Assembly (NCBI GenBank): GCA_049451415.1
Contig: JBMTVN010000002.1
Location: 1-46,434 of the forward strand
Reading direction: 5' to 3'
DNA length: 46,434 nt
Source of the DNA: Limisphaerales bacterium
GTDB taxonomy: Bacteria; Verrucomicrobiota; Verrucomicrobiia; Limisphaerales; JAHDYP01
Below the pieces are notes generated by a model that was given only the letters and a program-made list of their open reading frames with translations, made no database searches and was not told the origin of the DNA. Numbering within the stretch: position 1 is the stretch's first letter; the number at the start of each line of letters is the position of its first letter. Shown here one piece after another: positions 1 through 9,523 of the stretch. The translations under genes were made by a program, and so were the position numbers.

Positions 1-942
1 CGAAGATACGAAACGAACGACCTGTTCGACTCGCCGCGCTATCATCGCGTGGCAGTATGCGACGGGGCCTCGGCAATCGACCTCGAGCTGAAACTGGCTG
101 CCGCGGACGTTCAACGCCGTTACCAGCGCGAGCTGAAGTCGTTTGGTGGCAAGTATACCCGCAACCACTATTTGCATCCGGTTTGGGATCTGGGGGGGAA
201 CGTCATCACTGAGGACGCACCGGAGGATCACTTGCATCAGAGGGGCATCTACTGGGCGTGGCATCAGGTCTGGGTGAATGACATTCGGCTGGGGGATGCG
301 TGGGAGTGTCGGGATTTTGAGTGGGTTGTGGAGGATGTTCAGGCTGGGAGTGAGGGGGGGGTGGGGCATTTGGAGGCGAGTGTGTTGTGGAGGTCTCCGG
401 ACTATCGGGATGAGGCAGGCGGCATGCGGTTTGTGGCGCGTGATCGCCTGAAGTTGAAGGTTTATCCGAGGACGGAGCACAGGCGTTTGATCGATATTGA
501 AGTGGAGGTCTGCGCTTTGGTGGATGGTTTAAGGATTGGTGGATCTGAGGACAGCAAGGGGTACGGGGGATTCTCCACGCGCTGGGTCTGTCCGCAGGAT
601 CTGGCATTCATGGGGGCGGGTGGGGAAGTTGTGCCGCGGAACGAGGCGGTGCGCGCGGGTGCTTGGGTAGACTTCATCGGTTCCTTTGGTGGGCAGGGCA
701 AATCGGGGGTTGCGGTGTTCTCGCATCCGGAGAATCCGCAGCCCGCGGATCTTTGGGTTTTGCGGCGGTCGAAGAGCATGCAGAACCCGCTTTATCCGGG
801 GCGTGATCCGGTGGGGTTGAAGCGTGGAGAGCCGTTAGTATTGCGATATCGGCTGGCGATCCATGACGGGGTGGCGGGGGATGGCGAGGTGGGGGGCTGG
901 TATCGAGACTATTCCGGGCCAGTGGATGTGGAAGTGCGGTGA
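1..942 (+). CDS. DUF6807 / PmoA-family protein (5' end may lie outside the window)
   Basis: ORF track gives 49..942 (GTG at 49), but the frame is open back to base 1. The motif YLHPVWDLGGNVITEDAPEDHLHQRGIYWAW fits the Y-x-HP...G-x-V-T...P-x-DH-x-H-x-G signature I associate with PF14100/DUF6807. Confidence 0.6.
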   Translation, partial: RRYETNDLFDSPRYHRVAVCDGASAIDLELKLAAADVQRRYQRELKSFGGKYTRNHYLHPVWDLGGNVITEDAPEDHLHQRGIYWAWHQVWVNDIRLGDAWECRDFEWVVEDVQAGSEGGVGHLEASVLWRSPDYRDEAGGMRFVARDRLKLKVYPRTEHRRLIDIEVEVCALVDGLRIGGSEDSKGYGGFSTRWVCPQDLAFMGAGGEVVPRNEAVRAGAWVDFIGSFGGQGKSGVAVFSHPENPQPADLWVLRRSKSMQNPLYPGRDPVGLKRGEPLVLRYRLAIHDGVAGDGEVGGWYRDYSGPVDVEVR

Positions 943-968
943 TGCTGTGCGGTGGGGGCGGTTGTTGC

Positions 969-1163
969 TTACCTTCCGCAGTCGACCACTTGTTTGCGGA
1001 GGAAGCGCAGGGCCCAGAGGCGGGCTTCCTGTCGATCGGCCTGAGTGCCGCCCTGCACTTCCAGGTGGTCCTGCTCGGTCCTGACCAACTGGGCGGAGCC
1101 GAAAGCGGCGATGAGTCGGCCGGAGGTTTGGTGGAAGGAGTCCAGATATCTTTTGGTTCTCAT
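969..1163 (-). CDS. hypothetical small protein, weak ParD/COG3609-antitoxin-like C-terminal similarity (possible remnant)
   Basis: ATG at 1163 inside ORF 969..1205, giving 64 aa with GC-rich third positions. SGRL..GSAQLVR..LE..EARLWALR loosely parallels the ParD SGRY.SASEVVR.ALRLLE...AKLAALR pattern. The N-terminal ribbon strand is not recognisable and there is no partner toxin ORF. Confidence 0.25.
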   Translation of the reverse strand: MRTKRYLDSFHQTSGRLIAAFGSAQLVRTEQDHLEVQGGTQADRQEARLWALRFLRKQVVDCGR

Positions 1164-1471
1164 TGGCGGGACTGTAGTGCAAGGGGTGGGACGCAGGTTG
1201 TCCAAGGCTCCAAGGACGCGGCAGCTTGCGGGAGGTAGCGGGGGTTGGGGAGAGGTCGGGCTGCTTGAATGTGCGCAGCCGGAGAGCGTGAGTGGTCTGG
1301 CTGGACGCGTATGGCTCCGGTTTTATTGCCTGGTTGTGTTGCTGATGCGGGACGGCCTCCGGGCTTTCGGCTTGAGAGTGAGGGGTTGTGGGGCGTAGTT
1401 TTCGTCGCCGCCTTTGGGACCCTTGCCGGACTGGCGGAGGATTGCCGGGCGGCGAACTTCCACGGACATCT

Positions 1472-3235
1472 ATGGCTAGATTCAAGTTTGGTGCATGCAA
1501 CACGGCCCACACCGGTTTATTGGACTGGGTGGAGGAGGTTGCGCAGTTGACTGAGGCGACTAGGGTTTTCTGGTGCAACGGTTCTGAGAGTGAGAGGAAC
1601 GCGTTGAGTGACCAGGCGGAGGCGCAGGGGATCCTGATCAAGTTGAACCAGGTCAAGTGGCCGGGGTGTTATCTGCATCGCACGCATCAGGAGGATGTGG
1701 CGCGGGCGGAGGAATGCACCTATGTGTGCACTGAGAGCGAGGAGGATGCGGGGCCGACCAACAACTGGATGGCGCCGCGGGACATGCATCGGAAGCTGGA
1801 GGGTTTGTTGCAGGGGTGCATGCAGGGGAGGACCATGTATGTGGTGCCGTATGTGATGGGGCCGTGCGGGTCATCCATGGCCAAGGTGGGGGTGGAGTTG
1901 ACGGATTCCCTCTATGTAGTTTTGAGCATGGGGATTTTGACGCGGATGGGGGAGGTGGCTTTGGAGCAGTTGGGTGAATCAGGTGAATTCATGCGTGGGA
2001 TTCACAGCAGTTTGGATTTGGACCCCGAGCGTCGGTACATTGCGCATTTTCCGCAGGACAACTCCGTTATCTCGGTGGGGTCGAACTATGGTGGCAACGC
2101 CTTGTTGGCGAAGAAGTGTCATTCTCTGAGGCTGGGTTCCTGTCAGGCGAGGACTGAGCATTGGATGGCAGAGCACATGACCGTGCTGAAGGTGACTCCT
2201 CCGGCGGGTGAGGTGACGTATGTTGCCGCGGCGTTTCCTGGCTGTGCCGGGAAGACGAACTTCGCGATGATGGTTCCCCCGGAGAGTTATGGTGACTGGA
2301 AGGTTGAGACGTTGGGTGATGACGTGGCGTGGATGAGGCCTGGGGCGGACGGGCGGTTATATGCGGTGAATCCTGAGGCGGGGTATTTTGGGGTTTTACC
2401 CGGGACGAATTCTGTGACCAATCCGAACGCGCTGCGCGTGATGGCAAAGAACACGCTGTTTACGAACGCGGCGTTGTTGCCTGACGGGGACATCTGGTGG
2501 GAGGGGAAGGATGGGGATGTGCCGACGGAGTGCGTGGATTGGAGGGGGCAGCCATGGACGCCGGAGAGTGGCGGGACTGCTGCGCATCCTAACGCTCGGT
2601 TTACTTCGCCCATGCAGAACAATCCGGCTTTGGCTGTGGAGGCGGATGCTGCCGAGGGGGTGCCGATCAGCGCGATTATTTTCGGTGGTCGTCGGGCATC
2701 AACCATTCCCCTGGTGTTTCAGGCATTTAACTGGGTTCATGGCGTGTATGTGGGTGCCACTATGGGCTCGGAGGGGGGAGCTGGAGAGACGGAAGTGCGG
2801 CGTGATCCCATGGCGATGCTGCCTTTCTGTGGCTACGACATGGGAGACTATTTCCGTCACTGGCTGAACATGCGGAAGCGGATTCGTCTTTTGCCGCGCG
2901 TGTTTCACGTGAACTGGTTCAGGCGCGATGCCAGCGGGAATTTCCTTTGGCCGGGGTTTTCGGAGAACATCCGCGTATTGCGCTGGATTGTTGACCGTTG
3001 CCATTACCGGGTGGGTGCGGAGGAAGGGGTCTTGGGCTGGATGCCTTTGGTGGAGGACTTTGATTTGGAGGGATTGCGAGATTTTGGGGAAGCAGAATTC
3101 GCGGAGGTGCAGGCCACCGACGGGGAGGAGTTACAGCGTGAGGTGCTGATGCATGAAGAGTTGTTTATGCGTCTTCGCCGGACTCTGCCGAAGGAGTTTA
3201 TCTACGAGAGGCATCTATTGATCAGCCGCTTGTAG
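1472..3235 (+). CDS. pckG: phosphoenolpyruvate carboxykinase (GTP)
   Basis: Full-length GTP-PEPCK recognised from blocks WMAPRDM, AAAFPGCAGKTNFAMM, LGDDVAWMR, YFGVLPGTN and NWFRRDASGNFLWPGF. ATG 1472 (MARFKFGACN...) is preferred over the ORF-track start 1388, whose extra 28 aa are Arg/Gly-rich and unlike PEPCK. Confidence 0.95.
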   Translation: MARFKFGACNTAHTGLLDWVEEVAQLTEATRVFWCNGSESERNALSDQAEAQGILIKLNQVKWPGCYLHRTHQEDVARAEECTYVCTESEEDAGPTNNWMAPRDMHRKLEGLLQGCMQGRTMYVVPYVMGPCGSSMAKVGVELTDSLYVVLSMGILTRMGEVALEQLGESGEFMRGIHSSLDLDPERRYIAHFPQDNSVISVGSNYGGNALLAKKCHSLRLGSCQARTEHWMAEHMTVLKVTPPAGEVTYVAAAFPGCAGKTNFAMMVPPESYGDWKVETLGDDVAWMRPGADGRLYAVNPEAGYFGVLPGTNSVTNPNALRVMAKNTLFTNAALLPDGDIWWEGKDGDVPTECVDWRGQPWTPESGGTAAHPNARFTSPMQNNPALAVEADAAEGVPISAIIFGGRRASTIPLVFQAFNWVHGVYVGATMGSEGGAGETEVRRDPMAMLPFCGYDMGDYFRHWLNMRKRIRLLPRVFHVNWFRRDASGNFLWPGFSENIRVLRWIVDRCHYRVGAEEGVLGWMPLVEDFDLEGLRDFGEAEFAEVQATDGEELQREVLMHEELFMRLRRTLPKEFIYERHLLISRL

Positions 3236-3260
3236 GGCGCTTTGCGGCAGCCGAGTGGTG

Positions 3261-3521
3261 TCAGGATTTGACTGGCAGGGCTTCGTCGATGAGCAGGACG
3301 GGGATGTTGTTGCGGTAGGGGTAAAGAAACAGGCCGTCCTCGCGCAGGAGGCCTTGGGTGATGGTTTCGGACACAGGCTGACCGGCCCGGTTCTTTGCTT
3401 TGCCTGACCGGATATCCTCGTTGAGGCGATCCAGCAGCTCCTTGTCGGCTGGTTTAAGGGGCTGATGGGATTCGGGGCAGCAAAGGATTTTAAGTAGTTC
3501 CGGGGTGATGGTGTTGCTCAT
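3261..3521 (-). CDS. Trm112-family (DUF343/YcaR-like) small protein
   Basis: N-terminal LLKILCCPESHQPL and C-terminal LYPYRNNIPVLLIDEA match the Trm112-like fold signature. It begins 6 nt downstream of the larC stop on the same strand. Confidence 0.85.
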   Translation of the reverse strand: MSNTITPELLKILCCPESHQPLKPADKELLDRLNEDIRSGKAKNRAGQPVSETITQGLLREDGLFLYPYRNNIPVLLIDEALPVKS

Positions 3522-3527
3522 GGTTTT

Positions 3528-4862
3528 TCAGGCTTTGGGCAGTTCAGGAGTGGTTTTGGATGAAGCGGCCTGGAAGACCTGTTTCAGCGGGATTCCCGCT
3601 GCTTCGGCCACTGTTCGGCAGTCTTCATATTCCGGGGCGGACTGGATGACTTCACCATTGAGCAGGCCTTGCTTGATGCGAACCTTGCCCCAAGGGGTCG
3701 TGGTTTCGGTGAAAGACCTGCGAAGCTTGCGTCGTTCGGAGATGGAGCGGCGCACCCCGAAAGCTGAGGTTTCCCGCAGGATGAGTTCGCTAAGGGTATC
3801 GGCTTGCTCCGGGGGGGCGAGGACAGTGAGCAGGATTCCGGGCCTCGATTTCTTCATTTGGATGGGGGTGTGGAACACATCCAGGGCACCTGCGGAGAGG
3901 GCCTTTTGAATGAAGTGCCCGAGGAGTTCCGGGCTGAGGTCATCGAGGTTGGTTTCGAGGACCGAGACTGAGTCGGATTCCCAATCGAGTGGTGTGGGGG
4001 CGGTGCTGGACTCGCCGAGGATGGCGCGGAGAACATTGGGGCGGGTCTGGTTGGTGCGAGAACCGAGACCGAAGCCGACCTTTGTGGCGACTAGGTCTTG
4101 CATGGGGCCGGACGATTCGGCGAATTCGGCCAGGAGTGCGGCCCCGGTGGGTGTGACGAGTTCATTGGGTTCCTCGCATTGGGTGATAGGGATACCGCGG
4201 GCGCCCAGGATGGAGAGCGAGGCCGGGCCGGGAAGCGGATAACGTCCGTGGGCGCAGCGGATAAAGCCGGTGCCCTCAACGACCGGGCCGGAGAGGACTC
4301 TGGGGCGTTCGAGGTAATCCAGGGCGATACAGGCTCCTATGATATCGACGATGGAGTCGATGGCGCCAACTTCGTGAAAGTGGACTTCCTCCGGGGGGAG
4401 TCCGTGGATTTTACCCTCTGCCTCGGCTACCCGCTGGAACACTTGAATGGAGCGGGTTTTGACCCAGCCGGAGAGGCTGCTTTCCTCGATTAGTCTGCGG
4501 ATGGTGGCAAAGGTGCGGTGTTCGTGATGATGGTGGTGGGTTTCACCATCGGACTCAGGGGAATCGTGGTGGTGGTGGTGATCCGTGTGGGGGTGCGAGT
4601 GGTCGGAGTGGTCGTGCTTGTGGTCGTGATGCGCGTGGGAGTGTTGATGCTTGTGATCGTGTGCATGGTCTTCATGGACGTCGAATTTGATGCCGGAGAT
4701 CTGGGATTTCTCTCCGCGCGCAGCGTGGAGGTGGTAGCCTTGGAGGTGCACCTTGGCGAGTTCGGCCTTGAGGTGTTCGAGGGGTACGCCGAGATCGAGC
4801 ATGGCGCCGATGAACATATCGCCGCTAATGCCGCTGAAGCAGTCGAGGAAGAGAGTTTTCAT
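3528..4862 (-). CDS. larC: nickel-pincer cofactor biosynthesis protein LarC (nickel insertion, DUF111)
   Basis: Blocks [26 protein letters not shown] and VTPTGAALL plus an internal His-rich tract. It is a single unsplit ORF whose ATG (4860-4862) overlaps the larB stop as ATGA. Confidence 0.9.
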   Translation of the reverse strand: MKTLFLDCFSGISGDMFIGAMLDLGVPLEHLKAELAKVHLQGYHLHAARGEKSQISGIKFDVHEDHAHDHKHQHSHAHHDHKHDHSDHSHPHTDHHHHHDSPESDGETHHHHHEHRTFATIRRLIEESSLSGWVKTRSIQVFQRVAEAEGKIHGLPPEEVHFHEVGAIDSIVDIIGACIALDYLERPRVLSGPVVEGTGFIRCAHGRYPLPGPASLSILGARGIPITQCEEPNELVTPTGAALLAEFAESSGPMQDLVATKVGFGLGSRTNQTRPNVLRAILGESSTAPTPLDWESDSVSVLETNLDDLSPELLGHFIQKALSAGALDVFHTPIQMKKSRPGILLTVLAPPEQADTLSELILRETSAFGVRRSISERRKLRRSFTETTTPWGKVRIKQGLLNGEVIQSAPEYEDCRTVAEAAGIPLKQVFQAASSKTTPELPKA

Positions 4863-5629
4863 TGGGTGGCGGGAGGTTGGGCGAGGGCATTGATTTGGCT
4901 GGCGGCGTAGCCTGCGCCGAAGCCGTTGTCGATATTGACGACCGTGACACCACTGCCGCAGCTGTTCAGCATACCGAGCAGGGCGGCGACACCTCCAAAG
5001 CTGGCGCCATAGCCGATGCTGGTGGGGACGGCGATGACTGGACGGTGGACTAGGCCGGCGACGACACTGGGCAGGGCGCCTTCCATGCCGGCGACCACGA
5101 CCAGGACATTGGCTTGGAGGAGGTCGGTATGGCGGCTGAGAATGCGATGCAGTCCGGCGACTCCGACATCAAAGATGCGCTGGACCTGGTTTCCCATGAT
5201 ATCGGCGGTGACCGCTGCTTCTTCTGCGACGGGGATGTCGCTGGTTCCGGCGCAGAGTATGGCGACGGTGCCTTGTCGTTTAGGCAGCGGTTTCTTCTGG
5301 AGCGTCAGGCAGCGCGCTTCCTCGTGGTGGGTGGTATGTTTGGGGAATTTCTTGCGGAGGGCTAAGGCGTGTTCCCTGGTGACGCGGGTGATGAGGACTG
5401 GTTGTCCCTTGGAATGGAGTTTGGCAGCGATGGCGGTGGTTTGCGCGGGGGTTTTGCCGGCGCCAAAGATGACCTCAGGGAATCCTTGGCGTAGGGCGCG
5501 ATGGGTATCGACCACGGCAAAGCGCAATTCTTCCAGCGGGGCGGCCTGGAGGTTTTGCAGCACGTGGTCCATGCTGGCTTTGCCGGCACGAAATCTTTCA
5601 AGCAGGGCAACGACCTGGTCCTTAGTCAT
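4859..5629 (-). CDS. larB: nickel-pincer cofactor biosynthesis protein LarB (PurE-like carboxylase/hydrolase)
   Basis: Blocks [43 protein letters not shown] and [13 protein letters not shown] 5629 (MTKDQV...) is preferred; the ORF-track start 5647 is a GTG six codons upstream. Confidence 0.9.
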   Translation of the reverse strand: MTKDQVVALLERFRAGKASMDHVLQNLQAAPLEELRFAVVDTHRALRQGFPEVIFGAGKTPAQTTAIAAKLHSKGQPVLITRVTREHALALRKKFPKHTTHHEEARCLTLQKKPLPKRQGTVAILCAGTSDIPVAEEAAVTADIMGNQVQRIFDVGVAGLHRILSRHTDLLQANVLVVVAGMEGALPSVVAGLVHRPVIAVPTSIGYGASFGGVAALLGMLNSCGSGVTVVNIDNGFGAGYAASQINALAQPPATQ

Positions 5630-5743
5630 GGCGGCGAACGATGCCACGAAGCGGGCCGGAGGTCAAAGGGAGTGGATGTGATTTTATGTGCTGTAGCCGA
5701 GAACATTTTGGGGTGTATCTTATTACCCTTGAAGCTGCAGGGC

Positions 5744-5971
5744 ATGATCACGCAGTGGAGCAGCAGGGTCCTCTGGACTTCTGCGTGTGTGGGGGTTTTG
5801 CTTTCCGTCTACGTGGTTGGTCTGGGGCCGGCCGTCAAGATTCACGATTTGGTGAAGATTCCATGGGTAGAGCGGGCCATTGAGGTTTTCTATGCGCCAC
5901 TGGTGTGGGTCCACGAGCGTTCTGACCTGGCGAGGGATCTTTTGGACTGGTATGTCGGACTATGGATTTAG
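5744..5971 (+). CDS. hypothetical small membrane protein (one predicted TM helix)
   Basis: Internal ATG 5744 of ORF 5501..5971; upstream of it the ORF is antisense to larB. The 75-aa product has a hydrophobic stretch WTSACVGVLLSVYVVGLGPAV. No family recognised. Confidence 0.4.
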   Translation: MITQWSSRVLWTSACVGVLLSVYVVGLGPAVKIHDLVKIPWVERAIEVFYAPLVWVHERSDLARDLLDWYVGLWI

Positions 5972-5980
5972 CCTTGGTCG

Positions 5981-6013
5981 CAAAGAAAAACCCCCGGGGG
6001 AGGGCCCTGGGGG
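5981..6013 (-). terminator. candidate intrinsic terminator downstream of the pseudopilin gene
   Basis: A GC-only stem (CCCCC 5991-5995 with GGGGG 6009-6013, and GGG 5998-6000 with CCC 6005-6007) is followed on the minus strand by TTTTTCTTTG (5981-5990). It lies 27 nt after the stop at 6040. Confidence 0.4.
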
Positions 6014-6039
6014 TAACTGTTCCGGCTTGCCGGAGATGC

Positions 6040-6912
6040 TCAGGGATTAACGAAGGTTGTGGTGCGTTCCCAGAGCCAGATCACATCCTGGTTGTTGGCT
6101 TGGTTGACCGTCTGGACGGTCTTCTGGGTGACGGGAGGCATGGTGCGGGGATCCTTCCATTTGCGTATCTCCGCGTGTCCGTCGGCGAAGGAGAGGCCGC
6201 CGGCTCCGTTGTGGTAGCTCGCCGGGAAGTCCGGGAGGGAAGCTTGGGCCGGGTTGGGGTAGCCGCGCATGTCGATGACAAAAAACCCATCGTTCATGCT
6301 GTCGGGATGTTCATCAAGCAGCACCCAAGTCATGGACGGACCGGGATCGACGAAATCGGAGTCCTTGAGGTAGGCGCGGAATTCTGTTCCACCGAACCAG
6401 GTGTGGACGCCTTCGTTCATGCCGATCCATGAGTTCATGGACATGCTGCGCAGGCGCTGGATAGTTTGGTTGGCGTAGGGGCCGCTGGGTGGGCGGACGC
6501 GGACGACGTCGGCCGGGCACTTATAGATGGCGAGGGTATTCCCCGTGTAGGGCCAGATCGCGCCGGCCATGATGGTGTTGGTGGGGTCCCAATTGGAGGT
6601 GTTGCCGGCGTCATAGCTGAGGATGCCATGAACCCACGCAAAGGGGTAATTGGGGTTGCTGGTATTGTCGGAGACGTAGGCGTAGGGGAGGCGGCCGTTG
6701 TTGTCATCGACATAGAGACGCCAGGCCATCATGAGCTGTTTATTATTGTTCATGCACATGATGCCATGGGCCTTCTGCTTGGCCTTAGCCAGGGCGGGCA
6801 GGAGCATGCCGGCGAGGATGGCAATGATGGCGATCACGACCAGCAGCTCGATCAGGGTGAAGCCGTGGGCGGTGGATTTGCGGTAGTTCAGTATTCCAGT
6901 TTGGTGCTTCAT
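6040..6912 (-). CDS. prepilin-type N-terminal cleavage/methylation domain protein, H-X9-DG class (type II secretion pseudopilin-like)
   Basis: [25 protein letters not shown] is the class III signal/methylation motif. The C-terminal [14 protein letters not shown] matches H-X9-DG. ATG 6912 (MKHQTG...) is preferred over 6963. Confidence 0.9.
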   Translation of the reverse strand: MKHQTGILNYRKSTAHGFTLIELLVVIAIIAILAGMLLPALAKAKQKAHGIMCMNNNKQLMMAWRLYVDDNNGRLPYAYVSDNTSNPNYPFAWVHGILSYDAGNTSNWDPTNTIMAGAIWPYTGNTLAIYKCPADVVRVRPPSGPYANQTIQRLRSMSMNSWIGMNEGVHTWFGGTEFRAYLKDSDFVDPGPSMTWVLLDEHPDSMNDGFFVIDMRGYPNPAQASLPDFPASYHNGAGGLSFADGHAEIRKWKDPRTMPPVTQKTVQTVNQANNQDVIWLWERTTTFVNP

Positions 6913-6959
6913 GGCGATTGGAATCAGTTGAATGGAACCTAGCAGCAGAGCAGGGGAGG

Positions 6960-7982
6960 TCAATGCCCGCTTTCAGCTGGTGATTCCATCAGGTCTGGCT
7001 TCTTGTCCGGCTCGGCGGGGCGGTCATCAAACTTGTACTTCGAGGTTTCCACTTTGACGTAGTGGAGGATGACGGGTGCGAGAATCATGCCGGGAATGCC
7101 CATAAGCTCTTCGCCCAGAACAATCGCCAGAAGGGTCATCCACATGGGATTCTTGATGCGGTCACCGATGATCTTGCTGTTCAGGAAGTATTCGAGCTTG
7201 TGGATAATGATGAGGAAGAGGAGGGATATGAGGGCCATTTTGGGGGAGATGGTAAAAGCGACCCCTACGATGAGCGTATTGCTCATGATGTTGCCGATGA
7301 TGGGGAGGAGTCCGCAAAGGAAGGTGAGGGCGATGAGGACTGTGGTATAGGGGAAGTGATTCCAGAGCAGGAAGACCGCGGTCAGGGAGGTGTTGATCGT
7401 GGAGATGGCGATCTGGGCTCCGATGACCTTGGCGAAGCTCCGGTAGAAGGTGATGAACCTTTGGGTCATTTCATGCCCCACCAGTGCATAGAGGCTGTCT
7501 TTGACGACCTGCGGGTCATCATCTGCGCGCCATCGGGCATTGAAGTGCAGGCTGGCGGCGACGACCAGGCCGATGATGAGCAGGGCGAATTCGAAGATCG
7601 TGCTTCGGAGGTATCCGCCGAAGTTGGCGACGCGGTCCTTGACTTCGTCCACTGCGATTTTGCGGAGGCTGGTGTAGTCGCTGAAGGGGAGCTCAACCTT
7701 GTGGCGCTCGGCGTATTCAGTAATGGCAGGGATGGTTTCGTCAGCAATCTTGGGGAGTGTAACGTAGGTCTTGTGACCGAAGTAGAACAGGCCGTAGCCG
7801 ATGGCGACTACGGCCACGAGGTAGAGACTGATTCCGACGAAGCGGTTGCCGCGGATACTGAAGAGCCTGAGGGCGAAGTAGCCGAACAGGATGGTCAGCA
7901 GCAGGGTGGGCAGGTGCAGGAGCCCGGTCAGGCCGAAGAAAACGGCCATGAGCACGTAGGAGATGCGCTCAGCCTGGCTCAT
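6960..7982 (-). CDS. AI-2E family transporter (PerM/UPF0118 permease)
   Basis: Multi-TM protein with the family-typical C-terminal region [12 protein letters not shown]...[19 protein letters not shown] 7982 (MSQAERISY) avoids overlap with glyQS. Confidence 0.8.
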   Translation of the reverse strand: MSQAERISYVLMAVFFGLTGLLHLPTLLLTILFGYFALRLFSIRGNRFVGISLYLVAVVAIGYGLFYFGHKTYVTLPKIADETIPAITEYAERHKVELPFSDYTSLRKIAVDEVKDRVANFGGYLRSTIFEFALLIIGLVVAASLHFNARWRADDDPQVVKDSLYALVGHEMTQRFITFYRSFAKVIGAQIAISTINTSLTAVFLLWNHFPYTTVLIALTFLCGLLPIIGNIMSNTLIVGVAFTISPKMALISLLFLIIIHKLEYFLNSKIIGDRIKNPMWMTLLAIVLGEELMGIPGMILAPVILHYVKVETSKYKFDDRPAEPDKKPDLMESPAESGH

Positions 7983-7995
7983 AAGCACCTTTGGA

Positions 7996-9453
7996 TTACC
8001 GAATTTTCTCGAGCATGGCGGGGAGGAGCTCACTGATCTTGATCCGTTCCTGCTTCAGTGTATCGCGGTCGCGGATGGTCACCGTGTCTTTCAGGGCATC
8101 GCCATTTTCGCCGAGGGTGTCGAAATCGATGGTGATACCGAACGGGGTTCCCGCCTCGTCCTGTCGGCGGTAGCGGCGGCCGATGGCACCGGCTTCGTCG
8201 TAGAACACCGTCATGAAGGGGCGGAGGAGTTCCTGGACCTCGCGGGCTTTCTGGACGAGTTCGGGTTTGTTTTTGAGGAGGGGGAAGATGCCGGCCTTGA
8301 TGGGGGCGATGCGCGGATGGAGTTTCATGACGACGCGGGTTTCCATTTGTCCCTTGTCATTGGGGGCCTGGTCTTCGGTATATGCGTTGCAGAGGAGTGC
8401 GAGGACGAGGCGGTCGGCGCCGGCGCTGGGTTCGATGACGTGCGGGATGTAGCGGGCTTTGGCTTCCTCGTCGAAGTATTCCATGGATTTGCCGCTGGCC
8501 TCCTGGTGTTGGGAGAGGTCGAAGTTGCCGCGGGCGGCGATGCCCTCGAGTTCCTGGGTTCCGAAGGGAAACTTGTAGAGGATATCGACGGTGGCTCTGG
8601 CGTAGTGGGCCAGTTCTTCCTTGGTTTGCCAGTATTCCTCGAGGGAGGTGCGGGGGAGGCCGATGCTCTCGTACCAGCGCATGCGTTCTTCGACCCAATA
8701 TTTGTGCCAGGCTTCCCATCCCCAGGTGGACTGGGGTTGCTGCAGGGCGGCGATGGGGTTGGCGGGGTCCACTTGGGTGACCTTGCCGGAGAGTTGCTGC
8801 ACCACTTCATCGGGCCGGATGAAGAACTCGAGTTCCATCTGCTCGAATTCACGGGAGCGGAAGGTGTAGTTGCGGGGGGTGACTTCGTTGCGGAACGCTT
8901 TGCCGACCTGGGCGATGCCGAAGGGTACTTTTTGGCGGGAACATTCCAGAACGTTCTTGAATTGAACAAAGATCGCTTGAGCTGTTTCCGGGCGGAGGTA
9001 GGCGATATTGTCGTCGGATTGGACGGGGCCGACGGTGGTTTTGAACATGAGGTTGAAGGCTCTGGCCTCGGTTTTTTCCCCATGGCAGTCCGTTGCCATC
9101 TTGCTTGGTTTTTGTGGGCAGGGGATCTCGTTCATTTGGTCGGCGCGGAACCTCGCTTTGCAGGTTTTGCAATCGACCATGGGATCGGTGAAGGTGTCGA
9201 CGTGTCCGGAGGCCTGCCAGACCTTGGGGTGGAGGATGATGGTGGCGTCGATGCCGGCGACGTCCTCGCGGTCCTGCGTCATGCTCTTCCACCAGAGGTT
9301 TTTGACGTTGCGTTTGAGTTCTGCACCGAGCGGGCCGTAATCCCAGAAGCCGTTGATCCCCCCGTAGATTTCCGAGGACTGGAAGATGTAGCCACGGCGT
9401 TTGCAGAGGGAGACCAATTTCTCCATGAGTTCGTTGGATTTCGGCTCGGCCAT
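7996..9453 (-). CDS. glyQS: glycine--tRNA ligase (homodimeric class II type)
   Basis: Blocks LCKRRGYIFQSSEIYGG..GFWDYGPLG, FRNEVTPRN.TFRSREFEQMELEFF and IEPSAGADR. ATG 9453 (MAEPKSNELMEK) is preferred over 9492. Confidence 0.95.
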   Translation of the reverse strand: MAEPKSNELMEKLVSLCKRRGYIFQSSEIYGGINGFWDYGPLGAELKRNVKNLWWKSMTQDREDVAGIDATIILHPKVWQASGHVDTFTDPMVDCKTCKARFRADQMNEIPCPQKPSKMATDCHGEKTEARAFNLMFKTTVGPVQSDDNIAYLRPETAQAIFVQFKNVLECSRQKVPFGIAQVGKAFRNEVTPRNYTFRSREFEQMELEFFIRPDEVVQQLSGKVTQVDPANPIAALQQPQSTWGWEAWHKYWVEERMRWYESIGLPRTSLEEYWQTKEELAHYARATVDILYKFPFGTQELEGIAARGNFDLSQHQEASGKSMEYFDEEAKARYIPHVIEPSAGADRLVLALLCNAYTEDQAPNDKGQMETRVVMKLHPRIAPIKAGIFPLLKNKPELVQKAREVQELLRPFMTVFYDEAGAIGRRYRRQDEAGTPFGITIDFDTLGENGDALKDTVTIRDRDTLKQERIKISELLPAMLEKIR

Positions 9454-9523
9454 AAGGGGGGGAAGTGTTTGGGAAGGACAGGGTTGTGTCAAGCGGGGGT
9501 GGTGATTTTGGGGTGGTCAGCTG

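Noticed and set aside
1164-1471. About 300 nt of G-rich untranslated sequence upstream of pckG, inspected for a riboswitch or small RNA
   Set aside because: I could not recognise any known riboswitch core, terminator or conserved RNA motif by eye. It would need an Infernal/Rfam scan.
835-1656. 273-aa minus-strand Pro/Ser/Arg-rich ORF covering the DUF6807-pckG gap
   Set aside because: It overlaps the 3' end of the DUF6807 gene and the 5' end of pckG. The composition is typical of out-of-frame GC-rich translation, and only the short 969..1163 frame was kept as a low-confidence candidate.
7062-8036. 324-aa plus-strand acidic ORF
   Set aside because: It is antisense to the AI-2E permease. Its Asp/Glu/Gly-rich composition mirrors the hydrophobic codons of the real gene.
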